Origin: a candidate division WOR-3 bacterium
GTDB lineage: Bacteria; Hydrothermota; Tepidihabitantia; SM23-42
Length of the DNA: 64,000 nucleotides
Assembly (NCBI GenBank): GCA_020343595.1
Contig: CP070802.1
Coordinates: forward strand, 132,989 to 196,988
Direction of reading: 5' to 3'
The first letter of the stretch is position 1, and every line of letters begins with the position of its first letter. The notes beneath the pieces were generated by a model, which made no database searches, was not told the origin of the DNA, and was given only the letters and a program-made list of their open reading frames with translations. Below are positions 38,948 to 47,700 of the stretch, one piece after another. Both the position numbers and the translations under genes were made by a program.

Positions 38948-40675
38948 CTACAAGATGAAGTCAATTTGCCCACCTACGTGTTTATTAGTGACGGTATCCC
39001 GGCTCACACTGGAGTATTTCATGCTCAATTTGAGCTTCTGCAATGGACGCAGTGATAGGTAGATGAACCAGTACTCTCCCTCGCCATATAGCATGCGATT
39101 ATTGACCACGCCTTGCATATCGATCTCGTATGCATATATGCGTGCTGCGTATGTATCGGTATTGAAAATTCCATACCTCGCCCTTATGTCCAACCGTTTG
39201 AAATCCAGGCCCAATTCAAGAGCAGCAAATATGCCTCTTTCTGTTTCTTCCTTATATAGCGACTTCTCCTCGAAGCGTAAATCAAAGAACAGAAATCTTG
39301 TTGCCTTAATCCTTAGCAGAACCTCAGAGCCTGCCAACTCCACATCATCAGACCTGAATCTCCTCCTGAAACTCACCCGGGCATCAAGAATTCCGAGCCT
39401 CTTGCCAAGGTTCAACTTCAAATCCTGCTTCGTCGTATCCTCATCCAGCCGGTTGTCGAGCGTAAGGCTCAGACCGGCATCGACGATACGGGAACGATGC
39501 ACGACGTCGAGGGTGCCGATGGCGCGGTTCGCCTCTGCCTCAATGCCCTTCGGTGAATAGAATCCCGCAGGAAAGTACTTGCCGGCCAGGTTAAAATCGA
39601 CAAAAGGAAAAACGGCGCTGAAACCGAAAAGACCCCCAACATGATTCTTCCAGGAACGGGCGATCTCGCTGAATACGACGAACGATTCGCTGAAGTGTCT
39701 GAATTCCACGCTCGTCAAGAAGAAATTAGATCCGTAGAACTTCGTCACCGAATCGGACACGGCAAAAGAAGGTTCATAGGTACACAGATAAGAACGGTTG
39801 GCGACCAGCACATCCGATCTTCGATACCTTAATTCGTATCCGAATATCTCCTCGTTAACCTGATCCTTGCGGCTCAGTGATAATGAATCGGTATGTTCTC
39901 CGGACAAATCGAGCGAACGGGCGAATCCCAACGAATCGATCAAACCGTCGAGTTTCTGGTTGGAGTAGAAAATAGTGTAATCGAGAAAAAAGGAATCGCT
40001 CAAAGCAGCACCGAAGAAGCCGCTACTCTCGAGCGTCGAGGTGTAGGGAATGAGACCACGTTCATTGAGCATTATCCTGAAGTCGACCCCCCGAAAAAAC
40101 GAACCGACTGACGATAGCACAGCACCCGAACCCAGGTCAAGATTGTATTTCCCCATTGCGAATTTTCGCCTACCGTCACCGATGAGTACCCCAGCCGCGT
40201 AATGATCAAGAAGATCTTTCTCGTACGGATCCCGTTCAGTTATCCAGTACACTCTATAATCACTCAATCGACCGACCCCTCTCGAATAGTATTCAAGGGA
40301 TTGCTCTTCAGATGGAATGTCCGTACGCGCGCGCAACCTAATATTTAACGCCTTTTTAATATACTTCATTTCACCTACGGTCAGGAGTGGTCTGATTATC
40401 TGGAGCAGGTCAGCGCTGATCAGTCTTGCGTCAGCGAGTTCGTCGACTGAGTCAAATGGTCCATGCAGCTGCCGGTATTCGATGATCCTCATTATCTCGT
40501 TCGATGAAAAAAAAGGAATCTTTGCGAACTGTTCGATGGTGGCCGTGTTTATATTAACAGGATTATCACGTAGATATTCAAGGTCCCTTAACACTATTTC
40601 AAAATCGATATTCTGCTCGGTTTTGAACAATACATCTTCTGTGATGGTAAGAAAAAATATCAGAATGAACGTCAT
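38948..40675 (-). CDS. Hypothetical outer-membrane-type protein with N-terminal ComEA-like helix-hairpin-helix DNA-binding motif
   Basis: NINTATIEQFAKIPFFSSNEIMRIIEYRQLHGPF matches the ComEA HhH. The remaining ~480 aa have an amphipathic beta-strand character ending in aromatic residues. Confidence 0.45.
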   Translation of the reverse strand: MTFILIFFLTITEDVLFKTEQNIDFEIVLRDLEYLRDNPVNINTATIEQFAKIPFFSSNEIMRIIEYRQLHGPFDSVDELADARLISADLLQIIRPLLTVGEMKYIKKALNIRLRARTDIPSEEQSLEYYSRGVGRLSDYRVYWITERDPYEKDLLDHYAAGVLIGDGRRKFAMGKYNLDLGSGAVLSSVGSFFRGVDFRIMLNERGLIPYTSTLESSGFFGAALSDSFFLDYTIFYSNQKLDGLIDSLGFARSLDLSGEHTDSLSLSRKDQVNEEIFGYELRYRRSDVLVANRSYLCTYEPSFAVSDSVTKFYGSNFFLTSVEFRHFSESFVVFSEIARSWKNHVGGLFGFSAVFPFVDFNLAGKYFPAGFYSPKGIEAEANRAIGTLDVVHRSRIVDAGLSLTLDNRLDEDTTKQDLKLNLGKRLGILDARVSFRRRFRSDDVELAGSEVLLRIKATRFLFFDLRFEEKSLYKEETERGIFAALELGLDFKRLDIRARYGIFNTDTYAARIYAYEIDMQGVVNNRMLYGEGEYWFIYLSLRPLQKLKLSMKYSSVSRDTVTNKHVGGQIDFIL

Positions 40676-41388
40676 TGCGAAAAACCCAAGCCCAAATTGT
40701 GGGTCAAACCAAGCTGCCGATGCCGGTTTCCCGAGTAGCAGACGAACATCTTTCCGAACGCCACCTTGAGCCCATACTCTATCATCATCGGCTTGGTGTT
40801 GACACCAAGACTCAATAGCGAAATCTTGTGGGGAGCGAAAATGATTCCAAATCTGTAAAATGGTAATTCAGTCTCTACGCCGGATACTGACAAACAAAAA
40901 TCAAGATTACCGCGCGCCCGATAATCAACACAAAGGGAATAACTAATGGGGGAGTAATCGAGCGAGGAAATTCGTGGGACATTCAAATTATTGATCCATA
41001 TACCTACGGCAAAGGGGGCAGATTCGAACCGACCTCCAGCCTTTATCGCATAGGTAAACTCATTACTGACATCCCTGACCCAGCTGTTCAGCCCGGCAAT
41101 GTTAATGCCAGCCGAGTATTTCTCGCCAAGCGGAAATCCGAAACCGAATTCCAAAAAGTTTTCCCGGTACAGTTCATTGCCGAAGCTGGCGAGTCCAATA
41201 CTATAGGTATTAACTTGAGAACGTACATAATATGTACGAAGAGCGGAGAGTTCATACCGTACTTCAGTGCCAAGAATTAATTCATACCTGCTGTCGCGGA
41301 GCTGAGCGGGATTGAAATCTGCTTCGTGCAACACACTTCGCGGGAAAAGAAACGATTCGAAGAACCCAACAAGCAATAATATCTTCAA
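40672..41388 (-). CDS. Hypothetical outer membrane beta-barrel protein
   Basis: Signal-peptide-like N-terminus and alternating beta-strand pattern. Overlaps the upstream gene by 4 nt. Confidence 0.4.
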   Translation of the reverse strand: MKILLLVGFFESFLFPRSVLHEADFNPAQLRDSRYELILGTEVRYELSALRTYYVRSQVNTYSIGLASFGNELYRENFLEFGFGFPLGEKYSAGINIAGLNSWVRDVSNEFTYAIKAGGRFESAPFAVGIWINNLNVPRISSLDYSPISYSLCVDYRARGNLDFCLSVSGVETELPFYRFGIIFAPHKISLLSLGVNTKPMMIEYGLKVAFGKMFVCYSGNRHRQLGLTHNLGLGFSQ

Positions 41389-41411
41389 CGGAAAAATCTT
41401 CTATTAACTAC

Positions 41412-42659
41412 CTAATCCATGACTTCTACTTTGAGGGTCATACCCTCAACACCAATGACGCGTACCTGCTGTCCTCGCTTTATCAATTTTTCGCTGGCTG
41501 CATTCCAGAACTCTCCGTGAACATAGACCGTCCCCCCATCGTCTTTGATGTCGGTCTTCGCAGTTCCGATCTCACCTACCATTCCGTCGCTGCCGGTTGC
41601 GCGTTTTCTAAATTGTGCTCTTACACCGAGAGCAAGAATGAAAATGACAAAACCCGCGACGATTATCACAGCATACATAATAACCTCCCACGACACACGC
41701 AAATAAGGAACATCACTCTCGAAAAGGATCAGGGAACCAAAAACCAGGGCAACAATACCACCGATCGTCAAGAGCCCCTGTGAAGTAATGTATATTTCCA
41801 ATATAAAAAGAATCGCCGAAAGAATGATTAATGCCAGGCCTGCATAATTGACCGGCAACACGTGCAGTGAATAAAAACCAAGTATCAAACATATACCTCC
41901 GACCACCCCGGGAAATATCATGCCCGGATTCTGCAATTCGAAGAATAAGCCATATATGCCTAATAACAGTAGAACATAGGCAATGTTGGGATTGGTCAAA
42001 AGCAATAGAAGACGCTCCCGGAGTGTCATTCTGACTTCCCTCAGGGTTCGGCCGCTTGCAGTAAGCACCATCTCCTCGTCGCCTAAGACGATCTTTCGCC
42101 CATCAAGCTTCTCGATGAGTTCATTCTCGTCTCCCGCGATGATCTCGCACACACCCAACTGCAGGGCCGTTTCAGCATCTACCGAGGCACTTTCTCTTAC
42201 CGACTTTTCCGCCCACTCTTCATTTCTACCTCTTTCCTTGGCGAGCGCCCTTAAATACGCAACAGCATCGTTAGTTACCTTCTCGATCATTACGCTATCC
42301 ATCTGTCCGCCACCCATACTGACCGGATGTGCAGCACCAACGTTCGTGCCGGGAGCCATTGCGGCCACGTGGCTCGCGTACAAAATGAATACGCCCGCAG
42401 ACGCGGCGCGCGCGCCCTTGGGTGCGACATAAACTACAACAGGGATCTTTGCGTTGAGAATTCCCTTTGTGATCTCGCGCATCGAAACATCAAGACCACC
42501 AGGCGTGTCGATCTTGAAAATCAGACAGGCCGCATCCTCTTTTTCAGCAACATCGACGACTCGTACTAGATAAGAACTGCTTGCGGGGCTTATTACTCCA
42601 TCCAAATCGGCAATCAAAATTTCATTTACACTAAGCAACAATAATAGAAGAGTAAACAT
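41412..42659 (-). CDS. NfeD-like membrane-bound serine protease (ClpP-class) with C-terminal OB-fold
   Basis: ClpP/crotonase-like N-terminal domain (KIDTPGGLDVSMREI..., GARAASAGVFI), TM helices, and a C-terminal NfeD OB domain. Confidence 0.75.
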   Translation of the reverse strand: MFTLLLLLLSVNEILIADLDGVISPASSSYLVRVVDVAEKEDAACLIFKIDTPGGLDVSMREITKGILNAKIPVVVYVAPKGARAASAGVFILYASHVAAMAPGTNVGAAHPVSMGGGQMDSVMIEKVTNDAVAYLRALAKERGRNEEWAEKSVRESASVDAETALQLGVCEIIAGDENELIEKLDGRKIVLGDEEMVLTASGRTLREVRMTLRERLLLLLTNPNIAYVLLLLGIYGLFFELQNPGMIFPGVVGGICLILGFYSLHVLPVNYAGLALIILSAILFILEIYITSQGLLTIGGIVALVFGSLILFESDVPYLRVSWEVIMYAVIIVAGFVIFILALGVRAQFRKRATGSDGMVGEIGTAKTDIKDDGGTVYVHGEFWNAASEKLIKRGQQVRVIGVEGMTLKVEVMD

Positions 42660-42737
42660 AAAAGAGAATACCCATATCCAAGGTCAAGTCAATAGCTTAC
42701 CTGGTGCAAAATGTTATGCTACACATCAACTTAGGTC

Positions 42738-42765
42738 TTGACAAAAATTAAATAATGATTATAAT
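42738..42765 (+). promoter_or_regulatory. Consensus sigma70 promoter TTGACA-N16-TATAAT for Lys-rich peptide gene
   Basis: ttgaca at 42738-42743 and tataat at 42760-42765. Confidence 0.55.
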
Positions 42766-42784
42766 CGCACAAAAGGAGGTAAGA

Positions 42785-42904
42785 ATGCCTGCAAAAAAGA
42801 AAGCTAAGAAGAAGAAGGTTACCAAGAAAAAGAAAAAGAAGAAGGTAACCAAGAAGAAGAAGACAACAAAGAAGAAAGCAAAGAAAAAGAAGAAGAAGAG
42901 ATAG
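42785..42904 (+). CDS. Small extremely Lys-rich basic peptide (39 aa: MPAKKKAKKKKVTKKKKKKVTKKKKTTKKKAKKKKKKR)
   Basis: Not in the tool track (<60 aa). It has a perfect RBS (AAAAGGAGGT, 5 nt spacer), a consensus promoter, and a downstream 10-bp GC hairpin with T6 terminator. The tool's minus-strand poly-Phe ORF 42748-42966 is its antisense artifact. Confidence 0.5.
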   Translation: MPAKKKAKKKKVTKKKKKKKVTKKKKTTKKKAKKKKKKR

Positions 42905-42914
42905 TGTTTCGTCA

Positions 42915-42942
42915 GAAGGGGGAGCAATCCCCCTTCTTTTTT
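42915..42942 (+). terminator. Rho-independent terminator (stem agaaggggga/tcccccttct, then TTTTT)
   Basis: Lies directly after the Lys-rich peptide ORF. Confidence 0.7.
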
Positions 42943-42972
42943 ATGCAAAATGCATGCGACAACCATATTCTA

Positions 42973-43000
42973 TTGACTGAACCAATCTACTACATATAAT
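42973..43000 (+). promoter_or_regulatory. Sigma70-like promoter TTGACT-N16-TATAAT placed 5 nt before ATG 43006 (leaderless)
   Basis: ttgact at 42973-42978 and tataat at 42995-43000. Confidence 0.45.
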
Positions 43001-43005
43001 AACAA

Positions 43006-43425
43006 ATGGACCCCCATACCTTCGAATCACTTCAGGAGAACATGAAGAAGAATATAATGGAAGTAAAGTCCATCATAAACAACCCTAACGCTCTTGAACC
43101 TTCGGACGGTGCAACATTCGACCGTGGTGTCTATCTTTTTCAAAGTGTGATAAAATCCTTGATCGCAATAGGTAACGATATTATCATCGAAAACGATTTC
43201 CGCACGCCCCTGAATCCAGCTGACGTCTTCATCAGCCTGGCCGAACAAAGATTGATATCGGCATCGATAGTTCCGGCATTGAAAAAGGCAGCAATTGCGA
43301 TGCCCCGGATATCGAGTTCCACGAAGCCCGAGCTCATGGAGATGATGACCGAATGCATCAGCAATTTCAGCCAGTGCCTTAATTCATATTCCGAATACTT
43401 TGCCTCAAAGAAGGACGGGGCTTAG
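43006..43425 (+). CDS. Hypothetical protein (139 aa)
   Basis: No confident family assignment; vaguely like a HepT/DUF86 helical protein. No RBS, and the promoter -10 ends 5 nt upstream of the start. Confidence 0.35.
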   Translation: MDPHTFESLQENMKKNIMEVKSIINNPNALEPSDGATFDRGVYLFQSVIKSLIAIGNDIIIENDFRTPLNPADVFISLAEQRLISASIVPALKKAAIAMPRISSSTKPELMEMMTECISNFSQCLNSYSEYFASKKDGA

Positions 43426-43427
43426 AA

Positions 43428-44198
43428 TTGCATTTCCCCTATTACATCTTCGCTTTTGCCTTTGGATCGGCAGTTGGTAGCTTCTTGAATGTCTTGATTT
43501 ATCGATTGCCTAGGCAGCTATCGATAGTCGCTCCCCATTCGTTCTGCCCCAAGTGCCGGAAAGCGATACGCTGGTATGAGAACATTCCGATCATAAGCTT
43601 TATTGGCCTTCGAGGCAAGTGCTCAGGATGTAGCAGTCGGATATCGCTGCGTTATCCCGTAATCGAAGCCCTTACCGGCTTGCTCTTCGTCTACACACTG
43701 AGCAGGTTTGGGTTTGGCATTAACTTCCTTTTCATAGCATACTTCTTCTGTGGTCTGATCGTAATCACTTTCATCGACTTTTCTTTCCAGGTGATCCCCG
43801 ATATGATATCGATACCCGGTATATTTTTTGGGATCGCATTCCAGGCTATCAACGGAAATTTTTTCGCCGGCTTGTTCGGCATGCTGTTCGGTGGCGGCCT
43901 GATATTATTCATAAGGGTGATCGGGGGCAAAGTCTACAAGAAAGAAGTAATGGGACTCGGTGATGTTTACCTTACAGCGATGATCGGTGCTTTCGTAGGA
44001 TTTCCATTCATCCTGCCAGCAATTTTCTTAGGTGCGCTGATCGGTGCGATTCTCGGGATCCTGTACATCACTTCGACCCACCAGAACCGGGAGAGTCCGA
44101 TCCCATTCGGACCCTTTCTTAGCCTCGGTGGTGCATCAGTAGTTATTTTCGAGCCTTACATCTACAAACTATTCACTCTTCTCGGCATTTACTTGTGA
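43428..44198 (+). CDS. pilD: Prepilin peptidase (A24 family), PilD
   Basis: N-terminal CxxC...CxxC zinc motif (FCPKCRK...CSGC) and multi-TM A24 catalytic region (DMISIPG, GLGDVYLTAMIGAF). Confidence 0.85.
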   Translation: MHFPYYIFAFAFGSAVGSFLNVLIYRLPRQLSIVAPHSFCPKCRKAIRWYENIPIISFIGLRGKCSGCSSRISLRYPVIEALTGLLFVYTLSRFGFGINFLFIAYFFCGLIVITFIDFSFQVIPDMISIPGIFFGIAFQAINGNFFAGLFGMLFGGGLILFIRVIGGKVYKKEVMGLGDVYLTAMIGAFVGFPFILPAIFLGALIGAILGILYITSTHQNRESPIPFGPFLSLGGASVVIFEPYIYKLFTLLGIYL

Positions 44199-44327
44199 CA
44201 CCGTTTCTCGAATTCGTGACATGATCCAATTCACGAGTACGATCAACGACCCACCTGTACCTTCCACAGCGTATCATAAATCCGGTACGAACACGACTCA
44301 CGAAAGACGAATACGCATTGCTGCCTC

Positions 44328-45245
44328 ATGGCAATCCTAACCATCATAGGTCCAACCGCCGTCGGCAAAACAGATGTTGCTATGTTGATAGCCGAAAAAA
44401 TTTCGGGTGAGATCGTATCGGCGGATTCGAGACAGATCTACAAGCACCTCAATATTGGCACGGCGAAACCATCCAAAGCGCAAAGAAGGAAAATCCCGTT
44501 CCATTTAATCGACTTCATTGAACTGGAAGAAGAATATTCTTGTGGTCAGTTCGCGCGTGATGCGGAGGAGAAAATTGACAAGATCCTCACAAGAAAGAAA
44601 ATCCCCATTGTCTGCGGCGGCACAGGTTTGTACATAAGGGCTCTATTCCACCCCCTCGATAACCTTCCACGCTCAAGTGCCAGGACCAAAGAGAAGTTGA
44701 GGAAAATGCTCCAGCGACACGGCATAGAGTATATGTACAGAAAATTGCAGCGCATTGACCCGCTGTGGGCAGGAAGAATAAAATCCCGGGACAAGCAACG
44801 GATACTAAGAGGTATGGAAGTATTTGAACTCACCGGGAAACCGATATCCGCAATGATGGGCAAGAAAAAAACACGCGCCAAGTTCCCACCTCACTATGTC
44901 GGCCTACGCCTGCAGCGTGATGCTCTCTATTCCCGCATCAATACTCGTTTTGAACAGATGCTCAGCAATGGGTTGGTCAAAGAAACCGAAGCTCTCCTTA
45001 AAGAGGGATTCGATCCCGGGTTGAGTGCACTCCGGACAATCGGCTACAAGGAAATCACCGCTTATCTGCAAGGAACCATGAGCTTCGATGAAGCAGTTGA
45101 AAGAGCAAAGCGCCGGACGCGCAACTACGCAAAACGCCAGATGACATGGTTTAGCAAACTACCATCGGTTGTCTGGTATGATGCTACCGATCCAGAGTTG
45201 GTCAACAAGATCATCTCTTCACTCAAGCAAGAAACAATGAACTGA
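44328..45245 (+). CDS. miaA: tRNA dimethylallyltransferase MiaA
   Basis: IGPTAVGKTDVAM P-loop, SADSRQIYKHLNIGTAKP. Confidence 0.9.
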   Translation: MAILTIIGPTAVGKTDVAMLIAEKISGEIVSADSRQIYKHLNIGTAKPSKAQRRKIPFHLIDFIELEEEYSCGQFARDAEEKIDKILTRKKIPIVCGGTGLYIRALFHPLDNLPRSSARTKEKLRKMLQRHGIEYMYRKLQRIDPLWAGRIKSRDKQRILRGMEVFELTGKPISAMMGKKKTRAKFPPHYVGLRLQRDALYSRINTRFEQMLSNGLVKETEALLKEGFDPGLSALRTIGYKEITAYLQGTMSFDEAVERAKRRTRNYAKRQMTWFSKLPSVVWYDATDPELVNKIISSLKQETMN

Positions 45246-45322
45246 CAGTAACTCCGGCGGCAAGGTAGGAATGCGCCGCCGCGTTCCGATACACTCAACG
45301 GCAACGTGCAACAACTTTTGGA

Positions 45323-46018
45323 TTATGATGGTTCGGGGGCAGCCAGGCGTTTTTCGACGATGGCCTTTACCTGTTCTATTTCCTCCTCGATGGTGAGGTT
45401 CGTTGTATCCACGACTATTGCATCATTGGCTCTTCGCAGAGGCGAGTGTTCTCTCTCCGAATCGTACTTATCACGGAATCTTATGTTCTCCATGACCTCG
45501 TTCTCATCAGCATTCATGTGCTTTTCACCCAGTTCTCTAAGCCTGCGCGCTGCTCTTACCTCAACCTCCGCCACCATGAAGATCTTGACCTGAGCATCCG
45601 GGAAGACGACCGTACCGATGTCACGACCCTCGCATACGACATTCTTACCCTCGGCTACCTCTCGCTGCCTTTTCACCATCCAATCACGCACTTCTGATAT
45701 AGCTGAAACCTGGGACACGAAGTCACTGACTTCCGGAGTTCTGATCGCCAGGGACACATCCTCATTGTCGAGGTAGACCTTCATCTCATTATCTTCCTTG
45801 CGCAGGTCAACCGTTGTGTCTCTTAGTAGCCTTCGGATCAGGTCGATGTCGACCTTCCTGCTACCTGAACCGCTACTGCGTAAATACTTGAGGGTAAAGG
45901 CACGGTACATTGCTCCGGTATCTATGTAGAAAAAATCCAGACGTTTGGCAACGCCTTTTGCTGTAGTGCTCTTGCCAGAGCCTGCGCCGCCGTCAATTGC
46001 TACGACAAATCTCGCCAT
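45323..46018 (-). CDS. cmk: Cytidylate kinase
   Basis: VVAIDGGAGSGKSTTAKGVAKRL, YIDTGAMYRA. Confidence 0.9.
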   Translation of the reverse strand: MARFVVAIDGGAGSGKSTTAKGVAKRLDFFYIDTGAMYRAFTLKYLRSSGSGSRKVDIDLIRRLLRDTTVDLRKEDNEMKVYLDNEDVSLAIRTPEVSDFVSQVSAISEVRDWMVKRQREVAEGKNVVCEGRDIGTVVFPDAQVKIFMVAEVEVRAARRLRELGEKHMNADENEVMENIRFRDKYDSEREHSPLRRANDAIVVDTTNLTIEEEIEQVKAIVEKRLAAPEPS

Positions 46019-47144
46019 GGAGAATGCGGATTATCTCTTCGTACCTCTGTGAGAAATTGATACCTCTACGCTTCATTACTATCCGGGCTGTGTGCAGTGC
46101 TTTATGGAGATCGTATTCTTCTTTTCTACTGCCCACAATCCACTGAAAATCCCGCACCGATACATCCATCATGCCTCCGCCTGCGAAGTTCACGAAACTC
46201 CCTATCACAGCACCGGTTGGGATGAGCGTTCCTATCCCCAGTTTGCTGTGATCACCGACAAAACACCCGAGCTTCGTCATCCCGGTTTCATGAACCTCGC
46301 TGCCGACGTGAATTCGCACCGGCCCATAATTGTTCTTCAAATCGGAATTAGTTGTAAGGGCACCAAGATTGACCCACTCGCCAATAAACGCGTGCCCGAT
46401 GAAGCCATCATGATGTTTGTTCGAGTACCCCTGAAAGATGCTGTTCTCGACTTCCCCTCCGATCCGGCACTGAGGACCTATGCTTGACCCCACAACCTTT
46501 GCCTGGTCGATTATCGAGCCTTCTCCAATATACGAAGGCCCCACCACGCTCGAGAATGGCAGCAATTCGGCATTGCGGTCGATATATATCGGACCCTCTG
46601 TAGCGTCTAGAAAGACCAACTTGTGAATACGCGCACCCCTCGCTACGTGAATGCTCTTTCCCCTCACATAAGCATTCCTGATCACCCTGCCCTTTCTTCG
46701 CACCGCAACGTAGTGTCTGCCAAGCATCGTATGGTTCAATGCGATAAGGTCCCACGCGTGCTTAACGACCATACCGTTGATCTTCCTTGTTACCCTTATC
46801 CTGCTGAGTGTGTCTTTTATTTCGTCGAGCGTACGGGGAAAAGGTGGATCCTTTTTGAAAAAACCAACGGTATCAGCGTCTACCACAAATCTCACATCCG
46901 TTCTGGGCAGTGCAATGCCGGAAGTCATAAGCAGGCGACCGGAGAGATAAATTGCTGGCTCAGTCGATCTCGCCATTACCATACCAAACCTTTCACGACA
47001 GACAAGATTCACCTTACAGCGCCTGAAGAAAGAAGCGCTGTTTTCTGCGATCGTCCTGGCACCTACCCGGAGATTGAATTGAGGGACCAGATTCGTCAAT
47101 GGGTAGAGTTTATCGTGATTTTCTTCGTATATTACTACTCTCAT
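45993..47144 (-). CDS. Sugar-phosphate nucleotidyltransferase-like N-domain + left-handed beta-helix (hexapeptide repeat) protein
   Basis: N-terminus resembles GlmU/RmlA (LYPLTNLVP), followed by hexapeptide-like repeats (IGEGSIID, VVGSSIGP, RIGGEV). Confidence 0.45.
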   Translation of the reverse strand: MRVVIYEENHDKLYPLTNLVPQFNLRVGARTIAENSASFFRRCKVNLVCRERFGMVMARSTEPAIYLSGRLLMTSGIALPRTDVRFVVDADTVGFFKKDPPFPRTLDEIKDTLSRIRVTRKINGMVVKHAWDLIALNHTMLGRHYVAVRRKGRVIRNAYVRGKSIHVARGARIHKLVFLDATEGPIYIDRNAELLPFSSVVGPSYIGEGSIIDQAKVVGSSIGPQCRIGGEVENSIFQGYSNKHHDGFIGHAFIGEWVNLGALTTNSDLKNNYGPVRIHVGSEVHETGMTKLGCFVGDHSKLGIGTLIPTGAVIGSFVNFAGGGMMDVSVRDFQWIVGSRKEEYDLHKALHTARIVMKRRGINFSQRYEEIIRILHGEICRSN

Positions 47145-47542
47145 ATGCTCAGCAAAACAGCCGCCAGGATCGCCAGGACAATACCTATGATCCTGACCGG
47201 TGTTACGGGTTCTTTCAACACGACGAATCCGAATACTACGGGGAGGATAACATAAAGATTGGTCAGGGGCAAAACGACGGATGACGGCCCGATCTTCAGG
47301 GCTTTATAGAAACAGATAATCGCAACAAGCGACACGAGCCCGACCGGGATCGAGTAGAAGACGTATTTGCTAAACATCAGATTCTTTCGGAAAATCATGA
47401 AAAGGGTCAGGAACAAGATCGACCAGAAGGAAATCCAGAAGGTGGTGCTCAATGTGTTGAAATAACGAGTCAACAATTTGCTGCCGATCGCCCAAAAACC
47501 CCAGCCCATCAAAGCAATGAACGCATATTTTACATAATCCAC
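47141..47542 (-). CDS. EamA-like (DMT superfamily) small membrane protein
   Basis: Four predicted TM helices with an EamA-domain-like pattern. Confidence 0.5.
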   Translation of the reverse strand: MDYVKYAFIALMGWGFWAIGSKLLTRYFNTLSTTFWISFWSILFLTLFMIFRKNLMFSKYVFYSIPVGLVSLVAIICFYKALKIGPSSVVLPLTNLYVILPVVFGFVVLKEPVTPVRIIGIVLAILAAVLLSI

Positions 47543-47666
47543 CGAGCATTATAGTAGAATAACATGATGAAGTCAAGAAGACAGAAGAAACCGTCTCCAT
47601 CACTGCAAATCTGCAAAATCAAAGGTATTCTGGAGCGTTCTCCGCTTCTGTTATCGGGTATTCATC

Positions 47667-47694
47667 TTGACAAATATGAAAAACAACCTATAAT
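47667..47694 (+). promoter_or_regulatory. Sigma70 promoter TTGACA-N16-TATAAT ending 6 nt before thrS ATG (leaderless transcript predicted)
   Basis: ttgaca at 47667-47672 and tataat at 47689-47694. There is no RBS between the -10 box and ATG 47701. Confidence 0.5.
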
Positions 47695-47700
47695 TGCAGT

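Noticed and set aside
42748-42966. 72-aa minus-strand poly-Phe ORF
   Set aside because: It is the reverse complement of the AAG/AAA-rich Lys-peptide ORF. It has no RBS or promoter in that orientation, whereas the plus-strand ORF has perfect signals.
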